Source of the DNA: an uncultured virus (IMG/VR IMGVR_UViG_2775506815_000003)
Lineage: Duplodnaviria > Heunggongvirae > Uroviricota > Caudoviricetes
Length of the DNA: 20,000 nt
IMG/VR virus record: IMGVR_UViG_2775506815_000003
Span: 55,251-75,250 of that record
Direction: 5' to 3' (one strand)
Positions within the stretch are counted from its first letter, which is position 1; each line of letters begins with the position of its first letter. The notes below the pieces were generated by a model. The model was not told where the DNA came from. It did not search any database and saw only the letters and a list, made by a program, of their open reading frames with translations. Made by a program: the position numbers and the translations under genes. Of this stretch, positions 19,617-20,000 are shown one piece after another.

Positions 19617-20000
19617 ATGTTACTTATATCAACATATCAAGATTTACTTACAGAAATAGAAATATATGAAAATAGATTAGATGATTTATATAGGGAAGAT
19701 TATGCACTTAGAAGCATAGAATATAACAGAATAGATTTAGATGTATATGTAGAAAGAAAGCATAAACTAAATAATGAGGCAGCGATAATACAAGCTATCC
19801 TTGACGATAAAAGAGAAACTCAAAGACAAATATTAGAGAAACTTAATCAACTGGAGGGATTAGAATATAAAATAGCATATAAAAGGTTCATAGAAGGAAA
19901 GACATTAAATGAAATAGCTGGGGAATTAGGGTACTCTTATCAATATATGAAAGAAGTATCAGCTAAAATCTACCAAGAATCTACTGACAAAGCAAAATGA
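19617..20000 (+). CDS. ArpU/RinA-like phage late transcriptional activator (sigma-70 region 4-type HTH)
   Basis: IAYKRFIEGKTLNEIAGELGYSYQY, RBS AGGAGG, and position at the end of the early module. Confidence 0.8.
   Translation: MLLISTYQDLLTEIEIYENRLDDLYREDYALRSIEYNRIDLDVYVERKHKLNNEAAIIQAILDDKRETQRQILEKLNQLEGLEYKIAYKRFIEGKTLNEIAGELGYSYQYMKEVSAKIYQESTDKAK

Overview
Low-GC Firmicute (Clostridia-like) DNA at the junction of two sigK-intervening elements. Bases 1-~1581 are the end of an upstream element: a 5'-truncated C5 DNA methyltransferase and a start-less tandem-HTH frame reading inward from the junction. Bases 1582-1674 are a ~31-codon internal piece of sporulation sigma factor sigK (NEILMTIRANKKSKIEVSLQEPIGVDKEGNE), bounded on both sides by CAATGAA, with non-sigK sequence beyond each. 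From ~1675 on is a second, skin-like decaying prophage. It carries an intact large serine recombinase next to the att site and a broken cargo block (IS110 and IS3 pseudo-elements, a metallophosphoesterase fragment, a frameshifted ~1160-codon Sel1-repeat gene). Then come a small ORF behind a LexA-box promoter, two tandem repressor/Cro switches with different operators, a mutated replication module (initiator with iterons, DnaB-like helicase) and a late activator. The main inference is that sigK is split into at least three pieces and needs two excisions to be rebuilt. All calls come from motif recognition; no database search was run.
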